Source: Octopus sinensis (lineage: Eukaryota). From it: a DNA stretch of 64,000 nt. The notes under the pieces were generated by a model. That model saw only the letters and a program-made list of their open reading frames with translations, was not told the DNA's origin and searched no databases. The position numbers were made by a program, and so were the translations under genes. Position 1 is the stretch's first letter. Each line of letters opens with the position of its first letter. The DNA lies in the NCBI RefSeq assembly GCF_006345805.1, contig NC_042998.1, forward strand, positions 205,530,001 through 205,594,000, given 5' to 3'. This document shows, piece by piece, positions 11,732-24,734 of this stretch.

Positions 11732-14146
11732 CTAGCAGAGATACCCGGCATTGCCCGGTTACATTCAATAGAAGAATTAGACTTTTCTGTTATATATATA
11801 TGGATACACACACACACACATATATATGTATATTAATATAAATACATGAAAGTACATGAAGTTTATTAAAAAAAGGGGATCATGTATATACCTCCTGGCT
11901 GTTGAGATTATAACACCTTGTTGTAAACAATGTTCCTTGATTTTCCTTGTGGAGCCTATACAAAAAGGTTTCTTTTGGTTCCTACTCTTGGGCAGCCAAC
12001 ATACTGTTGCCCATGCGAGAAGCAGGGCTCTTCTAAGAGAAGACCAGCTACAGAGAGGGTTTGACCCTGAGATTTGTTAATGGACATGGCATAGCTGACA
12101 CGAAGGGGGAATTGCAGTCTTCTGAATGTAAATGGAATTTTTGCTCCTGATGGAGTAAGAGGAATTCTTGGAATAAAGCTTTTCCACATCCAGAAAGAAT
12201 GATCGCCTCAATAACGTGTGACATCATTTTCTTTATCCCCAGTCGTGTTCCATTGCAAAGTCTTGCTGGTTCCAGATTGTGTGGAGGTAGTCCAGGAGGC
12301 TCCAGTGAATTGAGAAATTCCACCATCACCACCACCACCACCACCACCGTCACCACCACCGTCACCACCACCAACAACAACAACAGCAACGATATCGTCG
12401 TTTTGCCGACTACCATAACTGCCAACAACAACACCATTACTACAACCTCAACCACTACAAGTGACACCAACACTACCACCAAAAACAAATCCAATTTTGC
12501 ACAAGCGTTAAAAATAAAAAAAGACAATACTAAACTTCAAAAGTTTGTGTTTGGATAATATTTTTTATGTAAAAGTTGTGCAACAACTAATAAATACATT
12601 CGGTTGTGCCAATTCTTTGCACGGGAAACCTGCCTTTGTGTGGGGTGTTTCCCCATTTTGTAAATTCGTTTTCGGCTTTCTTAACCATTTTCTGTTTTGG
12701 CGTCTTCAAGCCATGAAGTCGTTATTCTAAAAGAACGCTGGTCTCCTTGACAACACTTACGACGTTGATTTCCTTACCCTGCCTTCCCCACAGCTTCATG
12801 AAGGAGGGAAGGAGCAACACAGGTGCAGGTGTGAGCACAGACATCGCCACCACCACCACCACCACCACCACCATACTATACCTCTGCTCTCTCCTTTTGG
12901 CTACTAAATCTATTACCATATTTCACAAGTACCATCGCCATACAATATTGCCTTCAAAAGTTTGTGTTTGGATATTTTTTATGTAAAAGTTGTGCAACAA
13001 CTAATAAATACATTCGGTTGTGCCAATTCTTTGCACGGGAAACCTTCCCTGTGTGGCGTGTTTCCCCATTTTGTAAATTCGTCTTCGAGCTTTCTTAACC
13101 ATTTCTGTTTTGAGCACGGCGACTTCAAAGCCATGAAGTCGTTCTTCGAGAAGAACGGTGGTCTCCTTGGCAACGCTTACGACGTTGATTTCCCTACCCT
13201 GCCTTCACCACTGCTTCATGAGGGGGGGAAAGAAGGGGAGGAGCAGCACAGGTGCAGGTGCGAGCACGGACGCTGACACACGAAGAATTGGAAGAACCCA
13301 GACGACAGCTTCACAGTCAAACGACTACTACGGACAACTCTGCCACGACGACCACGACGACCACCACCACCATCACCACCACCACCACTACAACCACCAC
13401 CACAAACACCACCACCATCATCACCACAACCACCACCACCACCATCATCACCACCATCACCACCACCACGACCACAGAGAGGGTTTGACCCTGAGATTTG
13501 TTAATGGACATGGCAAAGCTGACACGAAGGGGGAATTGCAGTCTTCTGAATGTAAATGGAATTTCTGCTCCTGATGGAGTAAGAGGAATTCTTGGAATAA
13601 AGACGTCATCACATTTTCCACTTCTTTAATTTCGAGCATTTCGGCAATTTTAACCAATCGCTGAAGTCCATTTAGGTAAATAACATTCTGTGCATAATGA
13701 ATATGTCCCTCCTTTAAGAAACAGATTGGGTTTATTTACATTTGTGAAGAAAAAAGATACCCTTCCCCCACCCCTATCCCTAACCCTAACTCTAATCCTA
13801 ACCCTAAAATAGATTGAAATGCAATACATCGATACTAGGGTTAGAATTATGGGTGACAATTTCATACGACACCGCTACGGAAAATGGGATTTTTTTCTAG
13901 CGGTGTCAAATGAAAATGTCACCCTTAATTATGGCCCTAGTATCGATCTATTGCATTTCAATCTATTTTAGATTTAGGGTTAGGGGTGCTCGAAATTAAA
14001 GACGAAATATCTTACAAACTATAGAATATTCTCAATAAAGCCAAGAGAAAAAGATGTTTTATAAACACATTCTACCAATATACGAAGTTTAAAACTTTTT
14101 AGTTACCTAGAAATTATGTTACAAAGTGCCGTTCAAAAGGAAAAGA
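11732..14146 (-). mobile_element. Non-autonomous Helitron with PIF1-like helicase remnants
   Basis: Minus strand begins A|TC at 14146 and ends CTAG|T at 11732, with subterminal GC-rich ccgggcaatgccggg. Helicase motifs [49 protein letters not shown] at about 11950-12320. The 5' end is less certain than the 3' end. Confidence 0.8.
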
Positions 14147-14239
14147 TCCCAAGGGACCAATTGTCACTATTTCCTATACACACACACATAAGGACTTTTC
14201 AATATCCTGGGGTCCGTGGGAAAACTCATTTGAATAAAT

Positions 14240-15100
14240 GGGGTCGTTGGTAGTGAAACTGTCGGGAACGACGTTGTAGAACGGAACTGAAATCAGGACA
14301 GTTATTGTTAACCAACTGGAATATATTTAACAGAATAAACAAAACACCGAGTCGTAATAAAAAAAATGTGATTAGGAGGCGATCTGTTGTGTCTGGGGAC
14401 ATTTGCATCTGTTTTAGTCACATGGACCGTTCAAGATGGCGTTTAAGGCTTATCAGTTTGGAGAGACAGCGATACCGGTCTGGTGTTCAATGGTAAGTTA
14501 CTGTACTGAGATAACAAAATTGAATTAGCTTTATTATCAATTTATTTCCTTTATTTTCCACGTCCGACTCGCAAAAGTCGGCCACTTCTAATTTCGTAGT
14601 TACAACAGTTGAGAAGAAACATTACGGCTTCTTCCAAACATGGAACGACGGACATTCGAACAGGGACAGGAAGGGAAATTCACGTAAAATATAACATCTA
14701 ATAATACCAACATTATTTATATAAAATATATTGTAAGCAATTGTATATACCCATGTTTGCGTATATATATATAGTCAGTTGTGTATGGTGAATGTATTGT
14801 CGAGTGTTGTCCACAGATGTTGGTGGATTCTGAGCGGTTTCTTCTTTGCAGCCATTTTGTTGTGACCAAAGAATTTTGCAGAGGACATTCGAGACAAGAA
14901 AATGGTAAATACCTGGCGAATTGACGGCAAATTCACTTGATTTTATTCAGTTTAATCAACTAAAAGAACAGAAAATATGAATAGATCAATGACCGTTTCA
15001 GTTCTTTGAATTGTTTTTGTTATTGGAAACAATAACTCCCAGTCGCTAGAGTCTGAGGAGAAACCGAGGAACCGAAGCATTGCTTCTCAGCCATTTTCCG
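14240..15100 (+). promoter_or_regulatory. Candidate promoter / first-exon region
   Basis: Unique, relatively CpG-rich sequence with YY1-like motifs (caagatggcg about 14432, gcagccattttg about 14848, cagccattttc about 15088) and two ATG|GT donor-like junctions (caatg|gtaagt about 14492, aaaatg|gtaaat about 14904). Confidence 0.35.
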
Positions 15101-18100
15101 TCTCTGCATCCTTTTGGTTATTATTTTATTCTGATGCATCCCCGGAGCCATTCGATCTTTAAATCAGTTCATTTCATTGAGACTTCTTTCAAAATTCCTA
15201 TTTTATTTTTCGCACGGAAATTGAACTATTTAAAAAAAACGTTAGAGAAAGAAATCTTGCTTTTTCTTGCAATAAATAAATCTAAAAGCAAAATTCTTTC
15301 GTGGACCTTTACAAATACTTCTGTGGTTTCCGAATTTACTATTTCGCTTTGTGGATCCCCAGGGGTCAGTCATATGGATCCCGGTTGAGGACCACTGGAT
15401 TAGAGGATGAAATGAGTGAAACCGCTTTAATTAATAACATAGTAGAATGACTGCCAGAATATTTGCCATCTGGACTGATTATTCTCTGTAAAAACATGTG
15501 AAACTACGAAAAGGAGAGATTGTGTGTGAGGGAACCATCATACAATGAAATATTCAGTAATGCAGATGTGGTTAAGCCAAGGTGTCTCTCTCTCGACCAC
15601 TTGACCTACAAGAAATAGCAGTTAAATCTCTTTCAAGTCATACCGTACTATCTCAAGGAAAGAACATTAAATAATGTAGTCGTATGGGATGGTCACGGTT
15701 GGAACACTTTTCACTAAAATCCTGCTTAATAAGGCTTTGCTAAATAACAACAGCAACCACCTGAAATGAAATCTTCCAGTTTGATTCACAGGTAACAAGC
15801 GGCGATTGTCTTTTGGTCAAGCAAAAAGACGGAAACATTTTGCGGACATTTCCAAATAAAATAAAAACCTTCAACTTCACCATTGACATTTAAAGATATT
15901 TAAATAGATGTCGAGAATTTGGACATGTTTGCTTCAACAAAGGTTTCGTGTAATTCTACAAAACTATTGTCTGACTGTATCATAAGAGATAATTCCTGTT
16001 ATAGCATTTTTGCATTTGGTTTGCAAGTTTGTTGATGCGAACACCTTGTCTGTAGGGAGGGTCATTATGTCAAAAAGGAAATTGATAATGTTCAAGTGCA
16101 GTTTATTTTAATCGATCTCCACCTCTCCCACCACAAGGTCAGTCGTAGTCCTCCTCTATTATAGTTCCATTTACATCTAGGAGGATGGGTTGTAGGTACA
16201 TTCAATCAACCGGTCTACCTCGCTGCTACTTATATGAAACAATTAGCGAACCTCTGCGTCTTCTTAGTTTTCCATTTTAATTCCATTCATATTTCGGATG
16301 TTTTATTGGTGTTTTAAATCACTTCATTATTTTATTGACTTCGAATGAATGAAAGGTAAAGTTGGCTTTGGCAGGATTCGAACTCGGGCTCCACCGATTC
16401 TGTCATTCCACCAGCAGCGGTTGGATTTCTGGTCTGTGAAACAGACAGTAATGAGTCCGTTGTGTTCTTTGCTTCAGAATTTCGCCCACAATTTAATCTT
16501 TTAGTTAGAATTTGCAGTTAAATTGACAGTACCAGCTCGAAGAGAATCGCATGGAAACGAAGAGAACATTTGAAACTCATCCCCGTTGTTCATTTGGCAA
16601 CCAATTAACCTGATTTCAGGGTCCAAAGCCTGTCCTCCCCCAACACTCACATACATTGCTGACTTCGTTTCTTGCAAAAATAAGAAAGAAGATAAGGTTG
16701 GATTCATTTCTCTCGATGAAAAAAAAAAGGTGCAGAAATGTTTTTAAATCTTTTTAAATAATGTGTAGACTATAAAACGAAAGTCTATCCTTCATTTACA
16801 GAAGAAATAATCAAAATATTTTTTTTTAATGTTTATAGGCTAAAATATCTGTTTTTAATAGATTTTCGAAAAGTCATTAAAAGATTTCTTTTATATTTAT
16901 TGACTAAAATTTATAAATATCTGTTTTCGATGGCTATTTTGTTTTTTTAGTTTCTACATAAACTATTCTAAAAGTGCGTTGAGAATAAAAAAAAAAAAGT
17001 CGTTTGGTAAGCACCATTATAAGCAGAAGAAGAAGAAGAAGGAAGACGGGGGGGGGGCGATGCTTGCAGACTTAAATGTCTGTTGATGCTAGCAGCTGAG
17101 ATACAAAAAAATATGTCGACAAGTTACATCGTTTCGCTACAAAGTAAATATATTAAAGTACATGTAGTTCAGAGAAGTAGGGCAGAACAGCTAAATGTAG
17201 GACTGACGTTGGGAGAAGTGTCTGCAGAAACCTCCTTTCCATAAAATAGATGGCGTGCTTTCATCTCACTCGAAATAACAAGCAGCTGTGAATTATAACG
17301 GATGTACTTTTAAGCAGGTGCTGAGGCCCGGCTGTGCACTGCTTGAAACAACAACCACTAGAAACAGTAACAGCAGCAGCATATTATTTATTATTGTTAT
17401 TATTATTATTAAGAAGGAAGCAGAGGGAAAGAGTGTGTCGAATTTCATGGCTTCTGTGTTGATGTTATGTAAATATTTCTACTGTGATGACAAATATTTC
17501 ACATTGTCAAAATTCTAGGTTCACAATGAAGATATATATAATGTTGGTCACAAGATCAAACCTGGCTTGAGTCAGAAATATACTTACAACAGAAAACATT
17601 GGTCTGCAGTGTGTATTGAAAGTGTATATAACATTTCATAAAGGGCTAAAACTGTTTGATAGAACACTACACAGATGTGTGTGTGTGTAGCTAAAGGGAA
17701 TTAAAATCGAAGCTCTATCCTCAGGAAGCACTTGTGCAAATATTGGTTACCAGTTGGATATATGTAGATGGTTTATCTTTAGCAAGCAAACTGTCCGTAC
17801 AAATTGAAATTCCAGGTCAAGTAGATTGGTCGCAGATTATGATTACATTCAAAGATTGGAATTTATATATCTGTGTGTGTGTGAATGTATATATATATAT
17901 ATATATGTATGGATACATATGTGTGTTTATGATGTATATGTATGCATATGTGTACATGTACATATGTATACATATACGTGTGTATATGATATTTATGTAT
18001 GCGTATGTGAGTTAATAGATGATTCTTTTGCTGCCAGAATTTCCTGCCACATGCCTTCAATTCCTGATGAACACTTTACCTCATGTATTGAGTACTTCTT

Positions 18101-18242
18101 CTTTCATTTATAAACAGACATATGATCATGTTGTTGTAAGGAATAAATCTTTCTCTGCTTTAAATATTGGTTTCCGATTTTGGCACAAGGCCAGCAATTC
18201 CAGGGAAGGGGCTAAGTCAATTATATCAACCCCAGTGCGCAT

Positions 18243-19700
18243 TATCATCATCATCATTGTTTAATGTCCGTTTTCCATGCTGGCATGGGTTGCACGGCTT
18301 GACTGGGGACTGGCAAGCCAGGAGGCTGCACCAGGCTCCAATCTGATCTGGCAATGTTTCTACAGCTGGATGCCCTTCCTAATGCCAATCACTCTGAGAG
18401 TGTAGTGGGTGCTTTTTATGTTCCACTGGCACAGGAGCCAGTCAGGTAGAACTAGCAATGACCCACACATAAATGGTGCTTATTGTGTGCCACCAGCACG
18501 GGAGCCAGTCAGGTAGCACTGGCATCGACCACAACTACAATTTCCATTTCATTGTGATTTGATTTGATTTGATTTTGATTTCACTTGACTCAATAGGTCT
18601 CTTCAAGCACGGCATGTCACCCAATGATTCAGAGGTACTTTCTAAATAGGCTGGTTATGTGAGACTGGTATAGGCTGTGGCTGTGATCTCACTTTCCTTG
18701 CCGGGTCTTCTCAATCACAGCATATCTCTAGAGGTCTTGGCCTACCCTCATTGCCTCTGTGAGGCCCAATGTTTGAAGGTCATGCTTCACCACCTCATTG
18801 CATCCGCAGTACATAACCATACCAGTGCAGTTGTCTCTTTTGCACACCACATCTGATGCTTCTTATGTCCAACATTTATCTCAGGGTGCTTACACTCTGT
18901 CGTGTATGCACACTCACATTACACATCCAGTGGATCATACTAGCTTCATTTCTTTCAAGCCTACGCATGTCTTCAGCAGTAACGGCCCATGCTTCTCTGC
19001 CATGTAGCATAGCAGTTCGCACACATGCATCATACAATCTACCTTTCACTCTGAGTGAGAGGGCCTTTGTCACCAGCAGAAGTAGGAGCTTTCTGAACTT
19101 TTCCCAGGCTATTCTTATTCTAGTGGCAACACTATCTGAACATCCACCCCCACTACAGACTTGGTCACCTAGGTAACAGAAGCTATCAACTACTAGTTTC
19201 TCCCCCTGGCATGTGAAGGAATCTGTTTTCTGAGCATCTGCGGTGTTTGTTGCCCCTGTGCATCTGCCACACTCAAAAGCTATATTCCTGGTTAACATTC
19301 CAGATCAAGCAGGGCCATCTACCTGAAGGGGTTTGTGATGTGTTTGCTTTCCTACTTACTAGGACTTTGGTTTTTGCAACATTGACTCTAAAGCACTTCA
19401 ATTCTAAATCTAGTTTCCACATCCGAAATTTCTTTTCTAGTTCTGGTAGTGATTCTGCTATGAAAGCAAGGTCATCAGCATAGAGGAGCTCCCAGGGGCA
19501 ACCTGTCTTGAATTTCCCTGCCTGCATGACTATGATGAATAAGAGGGGGCTGAGGGCTGATCCTTGGTGAACCCCTACTTCTACCCAGAATTCTTTACTA
19601 TACTCATTGCCGACCCTTACCTTACTAACAACATCCCTGTACAGGGCTTGTACAGCTCTTCTTAACCACTCGTCAATCCCCAGTTTCCATATTTCCCAAC
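18243..19700 (-). mobile_element. Decayed 5'-truncated RTE-clade LINE (RT C-half, 3' UTR, (GAT)n tail)
   Basis: GVHQGSALSPLLF, LLYADDL, FCYLGD, RIRIAWEKF, KGRLYDACVRTAMLHG in ORFs 19273-19743 and 18876-19298; frameshifted. Confidence 0.9.
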
Positions 19701-19745
19701 AGATAATGGAAATGTTGACCCAGTAGAGGGACCAGCTATCCAATC

Positions 19746-19797
19746 GTCTCCGATGAAGGGATATTATTAATTAATATCCAAGAAACAGCTGTAAGAC
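19746..19797 (+). ncRNA. Minimal type I hammerhead ribozyme-like motif (Penelope-associated type)
   Basis: gtct-CCGATGA-ag-ggatatt(attaatt)aatatcc-aa-GAAAC-agct-GTA-agac. Stem I gtct/agac, stem II ggatatt/aatatcc, palindromic stem III region acagctgt. U4C variant core. Confidence 0.55.
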
Positions 19798-20006
19798 CTT
19801 CTATCTATAAATGCTCTAATATCTATACAGCCTTGGGTTTTTTATCTTATTACGCAAAAAATTCTGATATACACACGCTGACATAGAACCAACGTTGAAC
19901 CCTTTATTCGCAATATTACCAAATCTGGAACTTCACTATGGTTTGTCTATAGCACTTATTCAGCATTACCTGACACCTTTGGGTCTCAATGACACCATTA
20001 TCTCTT

Positions 20007-20353
20007 ATATATATACATATATATTTTTTTAAATAATATATTATTATTAATATTAGGAAATCAGTATCCGAAAACTCCTCAGAAAGATATACACGTGTGA
20101 AAAATAATTGTTGTATTAAAAATATATAAATAAATAAAATATAAATTTGTATAAAAACTTTTAAACTGTCATATACATTATATATTTATACTTATACATA
20201 TTTACATATATTTTTATACATATTTATATTTATTTATATATTTTTAATACAACAATTATTTTTCACACTTGTATATCTTTCTGAGGAGTTTTGATATTGA
20301 TTTCCTAATAATAATAATAATAATATATTATTAAAAAATATATATGTATATAA
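20007..20353. repeat. Long AT-rich inverted repeat (about 150-bp arms, about 55-bp spacer)
   Basis: aaaactcctcagaaagatatacacgtgtgaaaaataattgttgtattaaaaatatataaataaat is mirrored by atttatttatatatttttaatacaacaattatttttcacacttgtatatctttctgaggagtttt. Confidence 0.9.
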
Positions 20354-20786
20354 TCGCTCGTACTAAATATATAAATACTTTAATAGTATTAATACTTTGA
20401 TACAATAGAGCACTCAATATAAATTCAGTATATAATATTCTTATTGAATATATTTAACTAAAGATTTATATATATATATACACAAAAATGTGGCATGTGT
20501 AAAAAGATTACCAATGTCGCCTTACTGGCACCTGTGCCGGTGGCATGTGTAAAAAGATTCGAGTGAGGTCATTGCCAGTACCGCCTGACTGGCCCCGACC
20601 TGGTGGCACGTAAAAAGTACCCACTACACTCTCGGTGTGGTTGGCGTTAGGAAGGGCATCCAGCTGTAGAAACATTGCCAGATCAAGATTGGAGCCTGGT
20701 GTGGCCGTCTGGTTCACCAGCCCTCAGTCAAAATCGTCCAACCCATGCTAGCATGGAAGGCAGACGTTAAACGATGATGATGATGA

Positions 20787-23545
20787 TAGGGTAATTAAGA
20801 TGAGATTTATCATAGGTAAATGAACAGTTACATTTATCTCTGCTTATGCTCTTCAGTCTGGGCTGAGTGATGAGCAGAAAGAAGCAATTCTATGAGATCC
20901 TTTTGCAGACCACTTCAACGACAAATGACAGACTTTGTTATTGTGGCTGGTGACTTCAGTGGACATGTTGGACAGCACCTCCATGGATTCCAGGGAGTGC
21001 ATGGGGGGTGGGGAGCTATGGTTTTGGACCTAGAAATGAAGAGGGAACAAGACTGCCAGAGTTCTATGATGCAAATGATCTCATAATCTGCAACACTAAT
21101 TCCAAAAATCCAGCCACCTAATCACTAATCAGTCTGGGGAGCACATAAGCCAGATTGACTCCCTCTGCTCCAGGCAATGAGATAGATGGATGCTTAAAAA
21201 TACAAAGTCTTCCCCAGGAGAAGAGTGTAAAACTGAACATAGGTCACTAGTTAGTGACTTCAGATTTAGAGCTAGAAAGACTCAAAGAAGTAAACCAATC
21301 TGGAAAAGAAGACTATGGAAGCTCAACAACCCAGCAAATAGACACAAATTTAGAGATTTACTTATGCAAGCTTCTGATGAAAGAGAGGAAGAGTTGAGGA
21401 CACACAGCTTAGAGGACACTTGGAAGTTCCTGTGGGACAACCTACTGAGAGCTACAGACGAAATCTGTGGTTGGTGCAGATTCCCAGCTAGGCCAAGGGT
21501 GACATGGTGGTGGAGCAAGGAGGTTGACAGCATTATAAAAGCCAAAAGACAGGCCTGGAAAGATTGGAGAAACAGTGAAAGCAGAGAATTATATCAGGTA
21601 GCCAAAAGGGCAGGTAGGTGTCAGGTATACATAGCAAAAGGAGTACCTGAAGGAAAGAGATTTGCAAATGTCCTACAGCATGGGAATCTGATCCCCATGT
21701 TGTGGGACATGTTCAAGATTGCAAAGCAGTGTATCAGAGAAAATTGAGATGTGGTGGGTGAGAAATGTGAGTGAATGGAGAATGGTTATGTTTGCACTTC
21801 ATGACTCAGAGAAGAAAGATGCATGGAAGTCTCACTATGAAAGGTTACTAAATGTGGAAAAGGAATATGAGGAGGAGAGTTTACCAAATATTGAACCAAT
21901 TGAGGGACCAGCCATCAGAGTTGATAGCAACTTAATAGATAAGGTAATTAGGGACAGGAAGACAGCAAAAGCCCCTGGGCCATCAGGAATCATTGCCGAG
22001 ATTATTAAAATTTCCAGTGGTGTAGGATACAGTCAAGTCACCCGTATAGTTAATTGGGTTATTCAGGAAGGCACCATCCCCAATGACTGGTGTAGTAGTA
22101 GTATTAGAGTTAGCTGCTACAAGGGTAAAGGTGATGCCTTAGAAACAACTACAGAGGTATTAAACTACTAGACCAAGTCATGAAAGTTACTGAGAGGATC
22201 ATGGCTCAATTGATCAGAAATACAATTAAACTAAATGAAATACAGTTTGGTTTTGTACCTGGGAAGAGTACCACATCTTCCTAGTGAAACTGCTACAGCA
22301 AAAGAATTTGGCCGAAAGTAAGCCATTGTACTTAGCCTTTGTCAATCTGGAGAAAGCTTTCAATAGAGTTCCCCACTATTATATGGTGGTCTCCACGGAA
22401 GTTAGGAGTAAAGGAGTGGCTTGTTAGAGCTGTCCAAGCCATGTACAGTGGTGATGTCAGTAAGGTGAGAGTCAGCTATAAATACAGTAATGAATTTAGT
22501 GCACAGGTAGGGGTTCAGTTCTCAGCCCACTTTTATTCATTATAGTCCTTCAGGCCATAACAGAGGAATTCAAAACTGGATACCTATGGGAACTATTATA
22601 TGCTGATGACCTTGATCTTATTGCAGAATTGGAGAAGAAATTCCAGGGATGGAAACATGACCTGGAATCAAAGAGCCTTAAAGTTAACCTAGCTAAGACC
22701 AAAGTTGGTGTTAGTAAGAAAGAAGATAAAACTTTGTTTCTGTCAGGTAAATGCCCCTCCTCAGTATATAGGAAAAGTGTTGGAAGAAATTTGATTCACT
22801 GCACCCAATGTAAGCTATGGACACATATGAGGTGCAGTGGAATCACAGGTAGATTAACAGATAAAGTAGTCTATGTATGTGGCAGGGGAGCAGGAACAAC
22901 AAGCACTAAGAGCACACGGGACTTAGATTCTCTGAAATGCCCAGGAGGCTCTCTTGAGGTTGTGGATGGTTTCTGTTACCTAGGTGACCAAATTAGCAAT
23001 GGTGGAGGATGCTCTGAAAGTACTGTTTCTAAAATAAGAATTGGGTGGAGGAAGTTCAGAGAGCCATTACCTCTGTTGGCATCAAAAGGACTCTCTCTCA
23101 GAATGAAAGGTAGATTATATGATTGCTTGTGTATGAACGGCTATACTCCATGGTAGTGAGACATGGGCTCTGAATGCAGAAGATATGCGTAGACTGGAGA
23201 GAAATGAAGGCAGCATGCTTGGTTGGGTGTGCCAAATCAGTGCACATGTACAGCAAAGTGCAAATGTATTGAGAGAAAATGTATTGGGCATGAGAGGAAT
23301 CAAATGCAGCCTGCAAGAGAGAAGACTACATTGGTTTGGACATGTGATGTGTATGAATGAGGACAGCTGCATAAAGACGTGCCAATCACTGAAAGTGGAT
23401 GGTACCCACGGAAGAGGGAGACCCAGGAAGATATGGGATGAAGTGGTAAGGACTGATCTCAGAAAGTTGGACCTCATGGGGGAAATGACCATGGACTGAG
23501 ATGTCTGGCGATATGAAGTTCTTGAGAAGACCTGCCCACATCAGT
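20787..23545 (+). mobile_element. Decayed, largely complete RTE-clade LINE (APE + RT + PHD-like finger)
   Basis: ISAYA, VAGDFSGHVG, EHRSLVSDF, TWWW, APGPSGI, QFGFVPG, LLYADDL, HCTQCKLWTHMRCSGI, FCYLGD, RLHWFGHV, GRGRPRKIW spread over many broken frames. Confidence 0.9.
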
Positions 23546-24687
23546 GAATCTGAGTTCTAGAAGCCCTGTGTGCCCCACCCTCACTTAACAAGAAAACTTC
23601 TCACACACTCTACCACAACAAACCAAACTACATCTCTTCCTCACATTTCCAATCCATGCATTAGGCATACCTTCCACTCCCCAATCTTGGCCCCTTGTAT
23701 CATTGCATTATTGCTCCTTGCTAGCTTCCAACTAGTGTCTTCCACCCACAAGTCCTGTCTCACTCTATTATTGCTATCTGCTAGCCCCTGATCTGTGTAT
23801 TCCACCCACACATTTCCTCCTTCATACACTATGCCTAGCTCTCACTCCCCAGTCCTGTCCTCACACCCCTACTCCTTTTTATCATTGCTATCTGGTAGCC
23901 CCGCTCCAACTCTATATATACCCAGGTTTTTTGCCAGTTACTCGCACTCTCTGATCACATTTCCTTCACAATATCCTGCCACTTATATTATGACCTTTGA
24001 ACCTCAAGGGTATGCCCTGATATTTTCCACCATCTATATCTCTCTCTTCCTTTACTCAACCATCCCATTTATATTCTGATCCCTGTCCCTTGTGAGTATG
24101 CCTGACACTTTTCCACCATCTCCATACTGCTGTCTCCCACTCTCTAAACTTCTTCTCTTCTACTTCCCTTGTTTCTGTCCTCATTCCTGATCTCTATCCC
24201 TCCCCTCTTCCCTGGCCAGGTAACCTTGTACTTCCCCTACAGCAAGACACCTGTTTCTGTCTCACCATAACCTTTTCATCATCCAACACAAGATCACCTC
24301 TTCCAAAGCCCCCTCCCGTCTGGAAAGATTTTTTTCTTTTTGTCATGCATGTACTTGGTGACCCTGTCAGTGCAGGTGCCACTTAAAAGCACCCAGTCCA
24401 CACTGTAAAGTGGTTGGTGTTTGGAAAGGCATCCAGCTGTAAAAACCTTGCCAAAACTGCCACATTAAAAGCATTACTCACCTACCCTGTGCTTGTGCCA
24501 CATAAAAAGCACTAAGTCCACTCTGCTGAGTGGTTGGTGTTAGGAAGGGCATCCAGCTGTAAAGATCCTGCCAAAACAGTCACAGAAGTCTGGTGCAGGC
24601 TTCAGATTGGAGTCTGGTTCACCAGACCTCAGTCAAATCATTCAACCCATGCTAGCATGGAAAGGGGACATTAAATGATGATGATGA

Positions 24688-24728
<41 letters not shown>

Positions 24729-24734
24729 TCTCCC

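Noticed and set aside
11956-12189. Host PIF1 helicase gene
   Set aside because: Frameshifted, partially duplicated and enclosed by Helitron termini.
13772-13807. True telomere or chromosome fusion site
   Set aside because: Only a few degenerate units, arranged CCCTAA...TTAGGG around a palindrome inside a transposon, which is not the TTAGGG-to-CCCTAA fusion arrangement.
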